DNA of 64,000 bases, taken from contig OZ252149.1 of assembly GCA_965248755.1 (NCBI GenBank), positions 4,064,001 through 4,128,000 of the forward strand. The letters run 5' to 3'. The position numbers and the translations under genes were made by a program. The DNA is from Candidatus Latescibacterota bacterium. Its GTDB lineage: Bacteria; Latescibacterota; CBDEFO01. This document shows positions 33,350 through 43,522 of this stretch, piece by piece. Below the pieces are notes generated by a model. That model saw only the letters and a list, made by a program, of their open reading frames with translations, was not told the origin of the DNA and ran no database searches. Each line of letters begins with the position of its first letter. Position 1 is the first letter of the stretch.

Positions 33350-34882
33350 TTAAGCTGGATGCACTCGGAACTTCCCTTTAAACTCCTCAATGGCTGCTCT
33401 CAGCTTTTCCTCGTTTTCGTCCGTGATCTCTTTCTTTTCGACTATTTCGTCTAATATGTCGCGCTTGTTTTCGTCCATAAATTGGAGGAATTCGGCCTCA
33501 AAACGCTTGACCTCTTCGAGCGGTATGTCGTCCAGATAGCCCTGGTTTCCGGCGAAGACTGCTACGACCTGGTTTTCTACAGGCATGGGGACGTACTGAT
33601 CTTGCTTGAGGATTTCAACGAGCTTCTGTCCTCTGTTTAACTGCGCCTGTGTGGCGCTGTCCAGATCTGAGCCGAACTGGGAGAATGCTTCTACCTCTCT
33701 GAATCTGGCAAGGTCGAGCCGCAGCCTTCCAGCTACCTGTCTGAAGGCTTTTATCTGGGCGTTGCCCCCCACTCGGGAGACTGAAATGCCGACGTTTATG
33801 GCGGGCCTGACGCCCGAGTAGAAGAGGTCAGGCTCCAGATATATCTGCCCGTCCGTAATCGAGATAACGTTGGTAGGGATATACGTGGAAACATCTCCCT
33901 CCTGCGTCTCGATCACAGGCAGGGCCGTCAGTGATCCGCCTTGCAGATCGTCGCTGAGTTTGGCTGCCCTTTCCAAAAGCCGCGAGTGGAGATAGAAGAC
34001 GTCTCCTGGATACGCTTCCCTTCCGGGAGGTCTCCGCAGAAGCAGAGACATCTGGCGATAGGCCCAGGCGTGTTTTGTAAGGTCATCGTAAGCTACAAGG
34101 GCGTGCCTTCCGCTGTCCCTGAAGTATTCTCCCATCGTGGCACCCGAATAGGGAGCTAAGAACTGCAAAGGTGCGGGCTGATTAGCCGACGCTGAGATGA
34201 TTATGGTATAGTCCATCGCACCGTGATCATCCAGCGTCTTTGCGACCTTTGCAACCGAAGATGCCTTCTGTCCGATGGCGACATATATGCAGAATACATC
34301 TTCGCCTTTTTGGTTTATGATAGTGTCAATTATTATGGCGGTCTTTCCCGTCTGTCTATCGCCGATTATAAGTTCCCTTTGACCCCTTCCTATCGGAGTC
34401 ATACTGTCTATAGCTTTAAGCCCTGTCTGGACAGGCTGGACCACCGGCTGGCGTTGGACGACTCCAAGGGCTTTGCGCTCGACAGGTAAATAGTCCTTAG
34501 CCTCAATCGCGCCTTTCCCGTCTATAGGCTCTCCCAGGGGATTGACGACTCTTCCGAGCATCTCTTCGCCCACCGGGATCTGGACGATTCTGCCTGTTCG
34601 CTTTACAGTGTCGCCCTCCTTGATGTGTATATCCTCGCCGAAGATTACACAGCCGACATTATCCTCCTCTAAGTTGAGCACCATTCCCATAGTGCCGTCC
34701 GGGAACTCCACAAGTTCGCTTGCCATAACGTTGGCAAGTCCGTGCAGACGGGCGATGCCGTCTCCGACCTGAAGGACAGTCCCTGCATCGTAGACATCAA
34801 CTTCCTTATCGAACTCCAAAATATTCTTCTTTAATATATTGGAGACTTCGTCGGGTCTTACGTCCAGACTTCCTGTAGCCAC
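33350..34882 (-). CDS. atpA: ATP synthase alpha subunit
   Basis: GDRQTGKT and [22 protein letters not shown]. Confidence 0.98.
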   Translation of the reverse strand: MATGSLDVRPDEVSNILKKNILEFDKEVDVYDAGTVLQVGDGIARLHGLANVMASELVEFPDGTMGMVLNLEEDNVGCVIFGEDIHIKEGDTVKRTGRIVQIPVGEEMLGRVVNPLGEPIDGKGAIEAKDYLPVERKALGVVQRQPVVQPVQTGLKAIDSMTPIGRGQRELIIGDRQTGKTAIIIDTIINQKGEDVFCIYVAIGQKASSVAKVAKTLDDHGAMDYTIIISASANQPAPLQFLAPYSGATMGEYFRDSGRHALVAYDDLTKHAWAYRQMSLLLRRPPGREAYPGDVFYLHSRLLERAAKLSDDLQGGSLTALPVIETQEGDVSTYIPTNVISITDGQIYLEPDLFYSGVRPAINVGISVSRVGGNAQIKAFRQVAGRLRLDLARFREVEAFSQFGSDLDSATQAQLNRGQKLVEILKQDQYVPMPVENQVVAVFAGNQGYLDDIPLEEVKRFEAEFLQFMDENKRDILDEIVEKKEITDENEEKLRAAIEEFKGKFRVHPA

Positions 34883-34904
34883 AGTTTACAGACCTCCTTA
34901 GGAA

Positions 34905-35013
34905 AGTAGACAGTAGTCAGTAGACAGCATACAGGGACACCGTCTCCCCTCTCTTCTACTATCCCTAAAGCGGGGATGGGAAGGGCTACCCTGTCTACCG
35001 TTTGCTGTCTACT
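34905..35013. repeat. Intergenic inverted-repeat unit with AGTAGAC heptamer arms
   Basis: AGTAGACAGTAGTCAGTAGACAGCA...ATCCCTAAAGCGGGGAT...CTGTCTAC...GCTGTCTACT; near-copy of 35564-35679. Confidence 0.9.
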
Positions 35014-35017
35014 TGTC

Positions 35018-35554
35018 TTATCCGATCATCTGCATTTTCATAAGTTCAAGTTGTTTTGCCAAACTTGCATCTATTACGGTGTCCTGCAGGTTGACTATGA
35101 ATCCTCCCTTTAAAGACGGTTCTACAGACACTTCGGCGCGCACCTCTTTGCCGGAGTAGATCGATAGCTTCTCTTCGAGGCGGACCTTCTGTTCATCCGT
35201 CAGGTGCACCGCGCTCTTAACTCCGGCGGCGATTATGCCCTCGCGCTCATCGAAAAGCCTCAGTGACTCCTGCAATATCTCCTTGAGTAAGCTCTCCCGG
35301 TCTTGATCAGCCAAGATGCACAAGAAATTGAGCGTGATCCGATTAAGCTTGTCTTCGAATAGCTCCTGAAAGGTCTGTCTTTTGAATCTTGTCTCTATAA
35401 TAGGATTCTTGAGGAAGCTTTGAAAGTCGTCTGAGTCCTCCAAAAGTTGCAGGAGTCCCTCTGCATCTGATCTGACCTCTTCAAGAATTCCTCTTTCCTC
35501 TGCCGCGTCTAAGAAAGCTTGGGCGTAGCGGCGCGCCACCTTCGTCATAGTCAC
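35018..35554 (-). CDS. atpH: ATP synthase delta subunit
   Basis: VARRYAQAF...LKGGFIV...IDAS. Confidence 0.95.
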   Translation of the reverse strand: MTMTKVARRYAQAFLDAAEERGILEEVRSDAEGLLQLLEDSDDFQSFLKNPIIETRFKRQTFQELFEDKLNRITLNFLCILADQDRESLLKEILQESLRLFDEREGIIAAGVKSAVHLTDEQKVRLEEKLSIYSGKEVRAEVSVEPSLKGGFIVNLQDTVIDASLAKQLELMKMQMIG

Positions 35555-35563
35555 CCCTCTTTT

Positions 35564-35679
35564 AGTAGACAGTAGTCAGTAGACAGCATACTGGTGCACC
35601 ATCTCCTCTCCCTTCTACTATCCCTAAAGTGGGGATGAGCAGGGTTACCCTGTCTACTGTCTACTGTTTGCTGTCTACT
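35564..35679. repeat. Intergenic inverted-repeat unit with AGTAGAC heptamer arms
   Basis: Same architecture as 34905-35013, on the other side of atpH. Confidence 0.9.
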
Positions 35680-35682
35680 GAT

Positions 35683-36195
35683 TTATTGTGAATTGTCTTC
35701 GGGTATGCCCTCTATAAGAGAGTCCAGCATCTTTTTGTGTCTATCTGCATCGAGTTCCTCGTCGAGAATTCTCTCAGCGGCGGTTATCGCAAGGTCCGCT
35801 ACGGTGCCTTTTATCTCCCGAAGAGCGGTATCCTTTTCCCGCTCTATCTCCCGTCGATTTCGCTCCAATTCACTTTCTGCTTTCTGGCGAGCCTCCTCTA
35901 TCATCTTATCCCTTTCGGACTCGGCGCTTTCTATTATCTCTTGCATTTTAGCTCTGGACTCTGCCTCCATGTCCTCCAGACGCTTTTGGACTTCGGATTG
36001 AAGCCTTTCCAACTCACTCTGGTCATCTTCCAGCTTGCGAGTCCTTTCTAGAACTTCGCTTCTGCGGTTTTGCAAAAGTTCGCCCACCTTCCCAAAGGCG
36101 TACTTCCACAGTATCAAGAAAACTATCAAAAAGCCCGCAGCTTGGATGATTATAGCTCTGGGATCTATTCCCAAGTTGTGAAATAAATCTTCCAC
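35683..36195 (-). CDS. atpF: ATP synthase subunit b
   Basis: Single N-terminal TM plus coiled coil; GTG start with GGGAGG upstream. Confidence 0.93.
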   Translation of the reverse strand: MEDLFHNLGIDPRAIIIQAAGFLIVFLILWKYAFGKVGELLQNRRSEVLERTRKLEDDQSELERLQSEVQKRLEDMEAESRAKMQEIIESAESERDKMIEEARQKAESELERNRREIEREKDTALREIKGTVADLAITAAERILDEELDADRHKKMLDSLIEGIPEDNSQ

Positions 36196-36282
36196 TAATT
36201 GCCCTCCCAGGGTTCGATGGGGCAAAACCTACAACTCTGCCCTATCACACCAGCTTCAACGTTGGCTCGGATGCCTTGCAGA

Positions 36283-36564
36283 TCATCCTCCTGCAGCCGT
36301 GGCTTTGATGATCTCTATAACCTGTTCGTAGCTCGGCAGTCGATCCTGCAGGAGGAAGAACATCAAAAGCGAGTAGATGACAAGTGACTCTATCAGAGCC
36401 AATCCGATGATCATCGCAAGCTGAATCCTCCCTGCCGCCTCAGGCTGTCGAGCTATCCCTTCCAACGCTGTCGAGGTGGCCCTTCCCTGGGCTGTTGACG
36501 CTGCAAGAACAGCTATCGGAAGTCCCAGTCCCACTGCGAACGCTAAGACTGCAAAGTAGAGCAT
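36283..36564 (-). CDS. atpE: ATP synthase subunit c
   Basis: ARQPEA and GLALIESL. Confidence 0.97.
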   Translation of the reverse strand: MLYFAVLAFAVGLGLPIAVLAASTAQGRATSTALEGIARQPEAAGRIQLAMIIGLALIESLVIYSLLMFFLLQDRLPSYEQVIEIIKATAAGG

Positions 36565-36672
36565 CTTTCCCTCCCTGATTTAAAAAGTTTGGTGGTGTAC
36601 ATTGGATTCCTACATATTTCATTACAAATGAGGTTCGAATTTCTCAAAGTTGGCTTTGAGTTACTATAATGT

Positions 36673-36693
36673 CCCCGATTGAATCTATCGGGG
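36673..36693. repeat. CCCCGA...TCGGGG palindrome
   Basis: CCCCGATTGAATCTATCGGGG between atpB and atpE. Confidence 0.9.
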
Positions 36694-36728
36694 CATGCCT
36701 CCTTTCTATCCCTTTGTAATGAATGCTC

Positions 36729-37571
36729 TCAGTGTTCCTCGTGATGTTCGCTTATAAAGGTAGCAAGGTATATCGCTGTCAAAAGTGAAAAGACTAAAGC
36801 CTGGATTAGACTTGAGAAGAGTCCAAAAAGCATCATAGGAAGTTGGAAAGGCACAGGCAGATAGACAGGCAAAACAGTTATCGCAAGAGTTGCAAGGACG
36901 ATTATTATCGTGTCCTCACCAAAGATATTTCCGAATAGTCGGATGGAAAGGGACATAACTTTCGCAAGTTCTCCTATAAGGTGCAGAGGAAACATAAGGG
37001 GACCGAGCCATATAGGTTCTCCCAGAAAGTGCTTGATATATGGGATAAAACCGAGCTCCTTTATGGCTATGACCTGAACTCCTGAGATTGCGACCAGGGC
37101 CATGGCAAGTGTGGTGTTCAAGTCCGCTGTGGGAGATTGGAATCCTGGTATGAGCCCTAATATATTAAGACAGAGTATGAAGATGAAGAACGATCCCATA
37201 AAGGCCGTGTATTTTCTCCCGCGTTCACCTACTATGTCCGTGAAGAAATCCATAAGCCCGCCGACTACCATCTCCATAAAGTTCTGGAGCTTCCCTGCCG
37301 GAAGGGGCTTGAGGTTCCTCGTAGCCAATATAACGAAAATTCCGATCACCAAGATCATAAAATATGTGTTCGGTATGAGGTCGTGTTGTTCTTTCAGATT
37401 CTCTGATATTTCCGCTATAGGACCCCTGTTGAGCATATGGAGCCAGGAGTGATGGTGTTCGTGGCCTTCTTCCTCATGACGTCCTTCAGCTTCGGCAGCC
37501 CAAAGTGGGGTTGTCGCCGCCGCTACGGATAAAGCTATGAGGATAACAAACAGGATCTTCTTAATATTCAA
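36729..37571 (-). CDS. atpB: ATP synthase subunit a (signal-like, His-rich N-terminus)
   Basis: PTADLNTT, SLSIRLFGNI and IQALVF; TTG start overlapping the atpI stop (TTGA). Confidence 0.95.
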   Translation of the reverse strand: MNIKKILFVILIALSVAAATTPLWAAEAEGRHEEEGHEHHHSWLHMLNRGPIAEISENLKEQHDLIPNTYFMILVIGIFVILATRNLKPLPAGKLQNFMEMVVGGLMDFFTDIVGERGRKYTAFMGSFFIFILCLNILGLIPGFQSPTADLNTTLAMALVAISGVQVIAIKELGFIPYIKHFLGEPIWLGPLMFPLHLIGELAKVMSLSIRLFGNIFGEDTIIIVLATLAITVLPVYLPVPFQLPMMLFGLFSSLIQALVFSLLTAIYLATFISEHHEEH

Positions 37572-38017
37572 GGACGTTCCTCCCGATTCATCGATCTCGA
37601 ATTCACTGCGTTTACAAGTATTATCCCGAAGGCTTTGAGTATTATGATAGCCTGCACCAATCCCAATCCCACAACCAGAGCTGCTAAGCTCAGCCATTCT
37701 GATCTCATAAGGAAGTAGAAAAGCGTCACTATGAGAGGAAATTTAATCAACGCTGTAATGAGGATCATCGGTTTAGGCTTTTTCTTTTGAGGAGTTATGT
37801 ATTTTTTAATTGCGTATTCCAGAGCCCTTAGAAATATTAGACTGACAGCCGCACCTGTGCTGAAGCTTAAGGCTATTCCTCGTCCTAGGTAAGTCCATAT
37901 CCACAAAAAGGCAAATATCCCCACCCAAATTGACGTGCGATAGACCCTCAGAAGGAAGTTCTTATCTATTTCCAAGGGCTTGAAGTCCTTATGTCCCTTT
38001 ATCCTTATTCTGTGCAT
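37568..38017 (-). CDS. atpI: ATP synthase subunit I-like protein
   Basis: Four TMs; operon position; start uncertain. Confidence 0.75.
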   Translation of the reverse strand: MHRIRIKGHKDFKPLEIDKNFLLRVYRTSIWVGIFAFLWIWTYLGRGIALSFSTGAAVSLIFLRALEYAIKKYITPQKKKPKPMILITALIKFPLIVTLFYFLMRSEWLSLAALVVGLGLVQAIIILKAFGIILVNAVNSRSMNREERP

Positions 38018-38237
38018 CTAATTCTTCCAGGTATTTCTTAACCGTCTTGAACATCTGCATAAATCCTGCGGCGATCCCCAGGATCGCTCCGATAAATCCT
38101 CCCCAAGTTTTACTTCCCAAACTTTCGCCTATCCATGCGCCGAGGAAATATCCTATAGCTGTGGAGAGGACTAACGTCAGACCTATAGCACTAAGTTCAC
38201 CCGCTAATCTCCATCCTCCCTTTTGATCTATGTTCAT
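37989..38237 (-). CDS. AtpZ/AtpI-family protein
   Basis: Two TMs, IGYFLG.WI...GIAAGF; operon position. Confidence 0.85.
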   Translation of the reverse strand: MNIDQKGGWRLAGELSAIGLTLVLSTAIGYFLGAWIGESLGSKTWGGFIGAILGIAAGFMQMFKTVKKYLEELDAQNKDKGT

Positions 38238-38246
38238 CCTTTCACC

Positions 38247-39704
38247 CTACATAATAGACAGGGCGGACTGTACGGCTAATTCCAAAAGCCACGAGGGCAT
38301 GATGCCGATTTCGATTACTCCGAGGGCACAAAGCGCAAGGGTCAATGACAAAAGGACTGGAGTAGAGGCTCCAACCGCTGTGGATGGAACTTCCTCAGGT
38401 TCACTCATATACATTACTACCACAACTCTCAGGTAGTAGTAAACTGAGATGACGCTATTTACAACAGCGACGATGACCAGTCCTGTAAATCCTGCCTTTA
38501 TTGCCGCTCTGAAGATATAGAACTTCCCTATAAATCCTGCTGTCGGAGGAAATCCCGCAAGCGACATCATAAAAAGGGTCATCAAAAGGGCGACCACGGG
38601 GCGTTTAAATCCGAGACCTGAATACGAGTCAAAGGTGAGGTTCTCTGCTCCTTCTCTTCCCATCATTATCAGGATTCCGAACGCCCCTATATTCATAAGC
38701 GTATAGACTAAAAGGTAGAAGATAAGACTTGAAACGCCCTCCTCTGCCGACGCCACGAGCGCTACCAAAGCATATCCTGCGTGGGCGATGCTCGAATAAG
38801 CCAACATCCTTTTTATATTGTTCTGCGATATGGCTATTACATTTCCCACGGTCATTGTCAATGCGGCGATGACCCACACTATCGCGATCCACTCACCTTG
38901 CATCGCCTCGAACGTAAGCACAAATACCCTCAAAAGGGCGGCGAATCCTGCGGCTTTAGGGCCTGCGGATATAAAAGCCGTGATCGCCGTGGGAGCGCCC
39001 TCATAGACATCCGGAACCCACATGTGAAACGGTACGAGGGCTATCTTAAACCCCAGACCGACGAGGATTAAAAAGCCTCCAACTAAAAGGAGCGGAGATT
39101 CTGCCGCCGTAGTGCTCGATATGTAATCGGTTATGCCCACAAGGTTTGTAGTCCCGCACCCGCCGTAGACGAGAGCCATTCCGTATAATAAGAATCCCGT
39201 GGCAAAGGCCCCCAAAAGAAAATATTTCAGTGCTGCCTCGTTGGAGGCAGGTTCGCGCCTCATGAACCCTGCTAGAATATACTGAGAAATGGACAAAAGT
39301 TCAAGCCCTAAAAAGATCATGATTAAATCCGTCCCCGCAGCTAACAACATCATCCCGACCGTTGCCAAAAGCAGAAGGATGTAATATTCAGCTTTGTCTA
39401 TCTTTTCCCTCTTGACGTAGGTGAGGGAAATCCCAATAGTAAGTGCCGTCCCGATGAGGAATATGATATTGAAGAAGATGGTGTAGTTGTCCAGAGCGAC
39501 CATATTGCTGAAGGATATGTCCTGACTCCCCCACAGTCTGATGGACTGAAAGATAGCCAACATAATCCCTACAAAGCTGAGCAGGGCCGCCTTGCTTCCC
39601 CTCGGAGAGATCATATCTGCGATCATCGCCACAAGAGCCGTGCCCGTAACTATTAGTGCGGGCGAGATGATCGTCCAGTTCATGTCCGGTATGGAGACGT
39701 CCAT
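38247..39704 (-). CDS. nuoN: NADH-quinone oxidoreductase subunit N
   Basis: EAALKYF, FKIALVPFHMWVPDVYEGAP and KRMLAYSSI; the ORF-track extension upstream is repeat DNA. Confidence 0.96.
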   Translation of the reverse strand: MDVSIPDMNWTIISPALIVTGTALVAMIADMISPRGSKAALLSFVGIMLAIFQSIRLWGSQDISFSNMVALDNYTIFFNIIFLIGTALTIGISLTYVKREKIDKAEYYILLLLATVGMMLLAAGTDLIMIFLGLELLSISQYILAGFMRREPASNEAALKYFLLGAFATGFLLYGMALVYGGCGTTNLVGITDYISSTTAAESPLLLVGGFLILVGLGFKIALVPFHMWVPDVYEGAPTAITAFISAGPKAAGFAALLRVFVLTFEAMQGEWIAIVWVIAALTMTVGNVIAISQNNIKRMLAYSSIAHAGYALVALVASAEEGVSSLIFYLLVYTLMNIGAFGILIMMGREGAENLTFDSYSGLGFKRPVVALLMTLFMMSLAGFPPTAGFIGKFYIFRAAIKAGFTGLVIVAVVNSVISVYYYLRVVVVMYMSEPEEVPSTAVGASTPVLLSLTLALCALGVIEIGIMPSWLLELAVQSALSIM

Positions 39705-39709
39705 AAGCA

Positions 39710-39765
39710 AGTAGACAGTAGACAGTAGACAGTAGACAGGGCACATCCTTCCCCCTATCTACTAC
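39710..39765. repeat. (AGTAGAC)x4 tandem heptamer and repeat arm
   Basis: AGTAGACAGTAGACAGTAGACAGTAGACAGGGCAC. Confidence 0.9.
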
Positions 39766-39782
39766 CTATTTGTTTGTTTCCC

Positions 39783-41228
39783 TTAGAAAAAGACGAATGT
39801 AACTACTACAAACAGGGGCATCAAAATCATAACGGAGTAGAGCATAAATCCGAAGAAGCTCGGCATCTTTATTCCGTTTTCCTCTGCGATGGATCTAACC
39901 ATAAAGTTCGGAGCGTTGCCAATATAAGTTGTTGCTCCCATAAAGACTGCACCCGCAGATATAGCTTTGAGGTATATCTCCTGCCGTTCAATGAGCAATT
40001 GCACAGCCTCAAGTTCAGGTATTCCAGGAAAGAAGTTTCCCAAAGCCGTATTCAAGAACGTCAGATAAGTGGGCGCATTATCCAGGAAGCTTGAAAGTAT
40101 CCCCGTAATCCAGAAGTAGTGCCACGGTTCTGTAACCGCCTGTATAAGAGACCCCAGTGCTCCCTCTGTCCCAGCCTTTAATATGGCAAGAGCGGGGATT
40201 ATGCACATAAATATGCCAGCAAATAGATACGCCACCTCTTTTATGGGGAACCACGTAAATCCATTGGCGACTCTGAGTTCTTTCGACGTGAACCTAAGAG
40301 ATAAAAGCCCCATAACTATCAGCGTTATGTCCCTTGCGATATTCTGGATTCCCACGTGGACTCCCGCCAGAGTCACAGCCCCGGGTCTCCACAGGCCACT
40401 CATCAAGACTCCACCTATCACTCCGAAAAGGAATATAAAGTTGTAAAGCCCTTCGATTCTCAGAGGTTTCTTCTCGACTTTTTCTTCTACTTCTATATCC
40501 GTAGGATTAGGTCTTTCGCGTGCATATAGAACACTGTCAATCATATAAAACAATATCAGAAGTAGGATACTGACGAACGCCATGTGCGGGAATAAGTTGA
40601 AAGTCCAGAAAAAGTCGACCCCGTGGAGAAATCCCAAGAATAGGGGTGGATCGCCCAGTGGAGTCAATGATCCTCCTATGTTGCTGACCAGGAATATGAA
40701 GAATACCACAATGTGCAACTTGCTCCTTCTGTGTTCGTTAGCCCTTATAATAGGTCTAATAAGGAGCATTGACGCCCCTGTAGTGCCTACCCAGGACGCT
40801 ATTATTGTGCCTATGAGCAGAATCGTCGTGTTGACGATGGGAGTCCCCTTTAGAGTGCCGCTCACAAGTATCCCGCTGGAGACCGTAAAGAGCGCCCATA
40901 AGAGTATAATAAAGGGTATGTAATCGATTATGTATATATGCAGTATTTCCTGCAGAGCTTCGCCTCCGTAAGCAGCCGTAAAGGGAATGGCAAATATCAA
41001 AGCCCACGCGGCGGAGATCTTTCCGAAATGATGATGCCAGAATATCGGAGCCGCAAGGGGAAAGATAGCGATAGAAAGCAGTAAGCCGACAAAGGGAATG
41101 AGAGACCACAGAGGCAAGACCTTTCCGAGTACAGCTCCAGTGTGATCTTGCCCCTGGCCACTGCTCGCCCCACACGCCACGGGGAGGATCAGAGCAAGTA
41201 CAGCAAGGAACAGAATAAGCCAGCCCAT
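39783..41228 (-). CDS. Putative Na+/H+ antiporter (IT superfamily, CitMHS-like)
   Basis: GTTGASM, SNIGGSLTPLGDPPLFLG, LDNAPTY and YIGNAPNFM; start set at MGWLIL because upstream is repeat DNA. Confidence 0.85.
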   Translation of the reverse strand: MGWLILFLAVLALILPVACGASSGQGQDHTGAVLGKVLPLWSLIPFVGLLLSIAIFPLAAPIFWHHHFGKISAAWALIFAIPFTAAYGGEALQEILHIYIIDYIPFIILLWALFTVSSGILVSGTLKGTPIVNTTILLIGTIIASWVGTTGASMLLIRPIIRANEHRRSKLHIVVFFIFLVSNIGGSLTPLGDPPLFLGFLHGVDFFWTFNLFPHMAFVSILLLILFYMIDSVLYARERPNPTDIEVEEKVEKKPLRIEGLYNFIFLFGVIGGVLMSGLWRPGAVTLAGVHVGIQNIARDITLIVMGLLSLRFTSKELRVANGFTWFPIKEVAYLFAGIFMCIIPALAILKAGTEGALGSLIQAVTEPWHYFWITGILSSFLDNAPTYLTFLNTALGNFFPGIPELEAVQLLIERQEIYLKAISAGAVFMGATTYIGNAPNFMVRSIAEENGIKMPSFFGFMLYSVMILMPLFVVVTFVFF

Positions 41229-41262
41229 TGGACGCCACCGCCCGTTCGCATGAGCCCTCTTA

Positions 41263-41390
41263 AGTAGACGGGGACATCTTATCTCTGTGCTTGAGATAGC
41301 TTCAGGGGATTTCACCTCCCTTGCAATTACAATGCCAGTCCTTTGGTCATTGTGAGCAGAAGGAAGCAATCTCCCTGTATGCTGTCTACT
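41263..41390. repeat. Composite repeat: heptamer arms enclosing a GAGATTGC/GCAATCTC REP-like doublet
   Basis: AGTAGACGGGGACA...GAGATAGCTTC...GCAATTAC...GTCATTGTGAG...GCAATCTC...GCTGTCTACT. Confidence 0.75.
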
Positions 41391-41407
41391 ATTTTGGATC
41401 TCTGTAA

Positions 41408-42967
41408 TCATTTCGATTCGATACTTGAAACCGTGTCCTGGATCGGATCTCTATAGTCCGCATAGGCACTCTTTTCTATTCTGACCTGGTGTAGAACGTG
41501 CTCCACAGAGTGCTCCATTTTGCTCAAGAAGGGTCTGGGATAGACCCCTATGAATATGATCAAGAGGACTATGGGCGCAAGCACAAATATCTCTCTTATG
41601 TTGACGTCTTTCAATCTCCTGTTCTCCTCTTTTGTGATCCCTCCGAACATCACTCTCTGGAACATCCAGAGCATGTAGACAGCAGCGAAAATGAGCCCCG
41701 ACGTGGCGATTACGGCGTATACAATTGCTCCGTCGTTCGCTGAGACGAACGTTCCCAGGAGGATCAGGAACTCCCCGACAAAGCCGTTGAGTCCGGGAAG
41801 CCCTATCGAAGACAGCGTAAATATCAAAAAGAACGAGGCAAATATCGGCATCTGCCTTGAGAGTCCGCCGAACTCCGAGATCAGCCTGGTGTGTCTTCTA
41901 TCGTAGATCATGCCGACGATCAGAAATAGCGCACCTGTGCTCAAGCCGTGATTTATCATCTGAAGTATCCCGCCTGACATCCCCTCAGGCGTGAAGGCAA
42001 ATATCCCTAACATCACAAACCCCAGATGGCTGACGCTCGAATACGCAACTAACTTTTTGAGGTCCTTTTGCATCATCGCCACGAGTGCCCCATAGATTAT
42101 GCCGATGAGAGAAAGGACACATATCAACGGCGTAAAGTGAAAAGACGCTTCGGGAAAGAGGGGCAGGCAGAATCTTATGAATCCGTAAGTCCCCATCTTA
42201 AGCAGCACCCCGGCTAATATCACGCTTCCTGCAGTCGGAGCCTCCACATGGGCGTCAGGAAGCCATGTATGCAGAGGAAATAGGGGAACTTTGATGGCAA
42301 AAGCCAGTGCAAAGGCCAGAAAGAGCCAGTACTGGGTGTTCTTTGAAAGGGGCGTGGCGTAGAGACTCAAAAGGTCGAATGTGTATTGCCCTGTAGCCGT
42401 GTGATTTGCAAAATAGAGCGCAAGGATAGCGACCAACATTAGGGCGCTTCCGGCCATCGTGAAGAGCACGAACTTCATAGCCGCGTAGATTCTCCTTTCG
42501 TGTCCCCAGATCCCTATGATAAAGTACATAGGGATAAGCATCGCCTCCCAGAAGACGAAGAATAAGAACATGTCTAAGGCGCAAAAGACGCCGAGCATCC
42601 CCGCCTCTAAAAGCAGAAGTGAGGCGAAGAAGCCCCTTGTGCTCCTCTGTATAGCCGTCCACGATGCCAGAATGCATATAGGTGTGAGAAATGTAGTTAT
42701 AAGGACCAGAAAGAGACTTATTCCATCTATGCCGAGGTAATAGTTGATGCCGAGTTCTCCTATCCATTCGGACTTCTGGACGAACTGCATGAGGTGTGTG
42801 TCGGGATCGAATTTGAAGAACAGATACAGCGATCCGATAAACTCTACTGTTGAAAAGATGAGGGCGAGCAACCTTATGGCCCCTGCGTTTTCAGCCTTCA
42901 AAAGGGCTAATATAATAGCTCCTGCAAGGGGAAAGAATATGACGAATGTCAGTATCGGAAATTCCAT
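41408..42967 (-). CDS. nuoM: NADH-quinone oxidoreductase subunit M
   Basis: FWEAMLIPMY and HTWLPDAHVEAPTAGS. Confidence 0.97.
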   Translation of the reverse strand: MEFPILTFVIFFPLAGAIILALLKAENAGAIRLLALIFSTVEFIGSLYLFFKFDPDTHLMQFVQKSEWIGELGINYYLGIDGISLFLVLITTFLTPICILASWTAIQRSTRGFFASLLLLEAGMLGVFCALDMFLFFVFWEAMLIPMYFIIGIWGHERRIYAAMKFVLFTMAGSALMLVAILALYFANHTATGQYTFDLLSLYATPLSKNTQYWLFLAFALAFAIKVPLFPLHTWLPDAHVEAPTAGSVILAGVLLKMGTYGFIRFCLPLFPEASFHFTPLICVLSLIGIIYGALVAMMQKDLKKLVAYSSVSHLGFVMLGIFAFTPEGMSGGILQMINHGLSTGALFLIVGMIYDRRHTRLISEFGGLSRQMPIFASFFLIFTLSSIGLPGLNGFVGEFLILLGTFVSANDGAIVYAVIATSGLIFAAVYMLWMFQRVMFGGITKEENRRLKDVNIREIFVLAPIVLLIIFIGVYPRPFLSKMEHSVEHVLHQVRIEKSAYADYRDPIQDTVSSIESK

Positions 42968-42971
42968 TTAT

Positions 42972-43458
42972 CTATTCGCTGCCTTCTGATAACTTCCTTT
43001 CGAGGGCTTCTTCTCTATTGGCAACCTGTTTAATCTGTTCTCTAAGTAACTAAAATTGACCCCTAAACTCCTCTCTGAGATTCTCTTGAGATCTGGCTTC
43101 TTTGACGTTTCTGGAGATCTTAAAAGTTATAGCTAAAATAGCTACAAATAGGACAAGGACACCTAATCCTCCGAAAAGCCCCATCATAGTCGAACTAATA
43201 TCATCCACTCTTTTTTCAATCTCTGCTAATCCCCCTTGAAGGTTTGAGCTCCTCGATTCTAGGCTGACCATGCGTTCTTCCAGTGCGGTTAGACGCTCAT
43301 CATATACGTTTGTCCATACCCCTCAACTTCACCATCACGTCATTGAGCGTGTATTTGGATGATTCCTGTGCATAGACAGGAGCTATACACAAAAGACACG
43401 TTACTTAGGAAGATAGCAACTTTAATAGGAAGATAGCAACTTTTAGAGGTATTCTCAT
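42972..43458 (-). pseudogene. Decayed exported coiled-coil/one-TM protein between nuoL and nuoM
   Basis: GGGAGA-ATG; signal-like MRIPLKVAIFL...VTCLLCIAPVYA interrupted by a ~20-bp tandem duplication that creates TAA; frameshift near 43300; premature TAG at 43050. Confidence 0.6.
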
Positions 43459-43474
43459 TTCTCCCAACTTTCTG

Positions 43475-43497
43475 CCCCCGATTGAATCTATCGGGGG
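43475..43497. repeat. CCCCGA...TCGGGG palindrome
   Basis: CCCCCGATTGAATCTATCGGGGG downstream of nuoL. Confidence 0.9.
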
Positions 43498-43522
43498 CTA
43501 CTGTATGCCTGTTATGCCCTAC

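Noticed and set aside
36283..36564. Na+-specific ATP synthase
   Set aside because: Subunit c has ES and Y but lacks the full P...Q...E-S/T-x-x-x-Y pattern with the ET/ST pair; ion specificity cannot be called by eye
39705..39746. N-terminal extensions of NuoN (MCPVYCLLSTVY) and of the antiporter (41229-41411)
   Set aside because: Translations of intergenic repeat DNA
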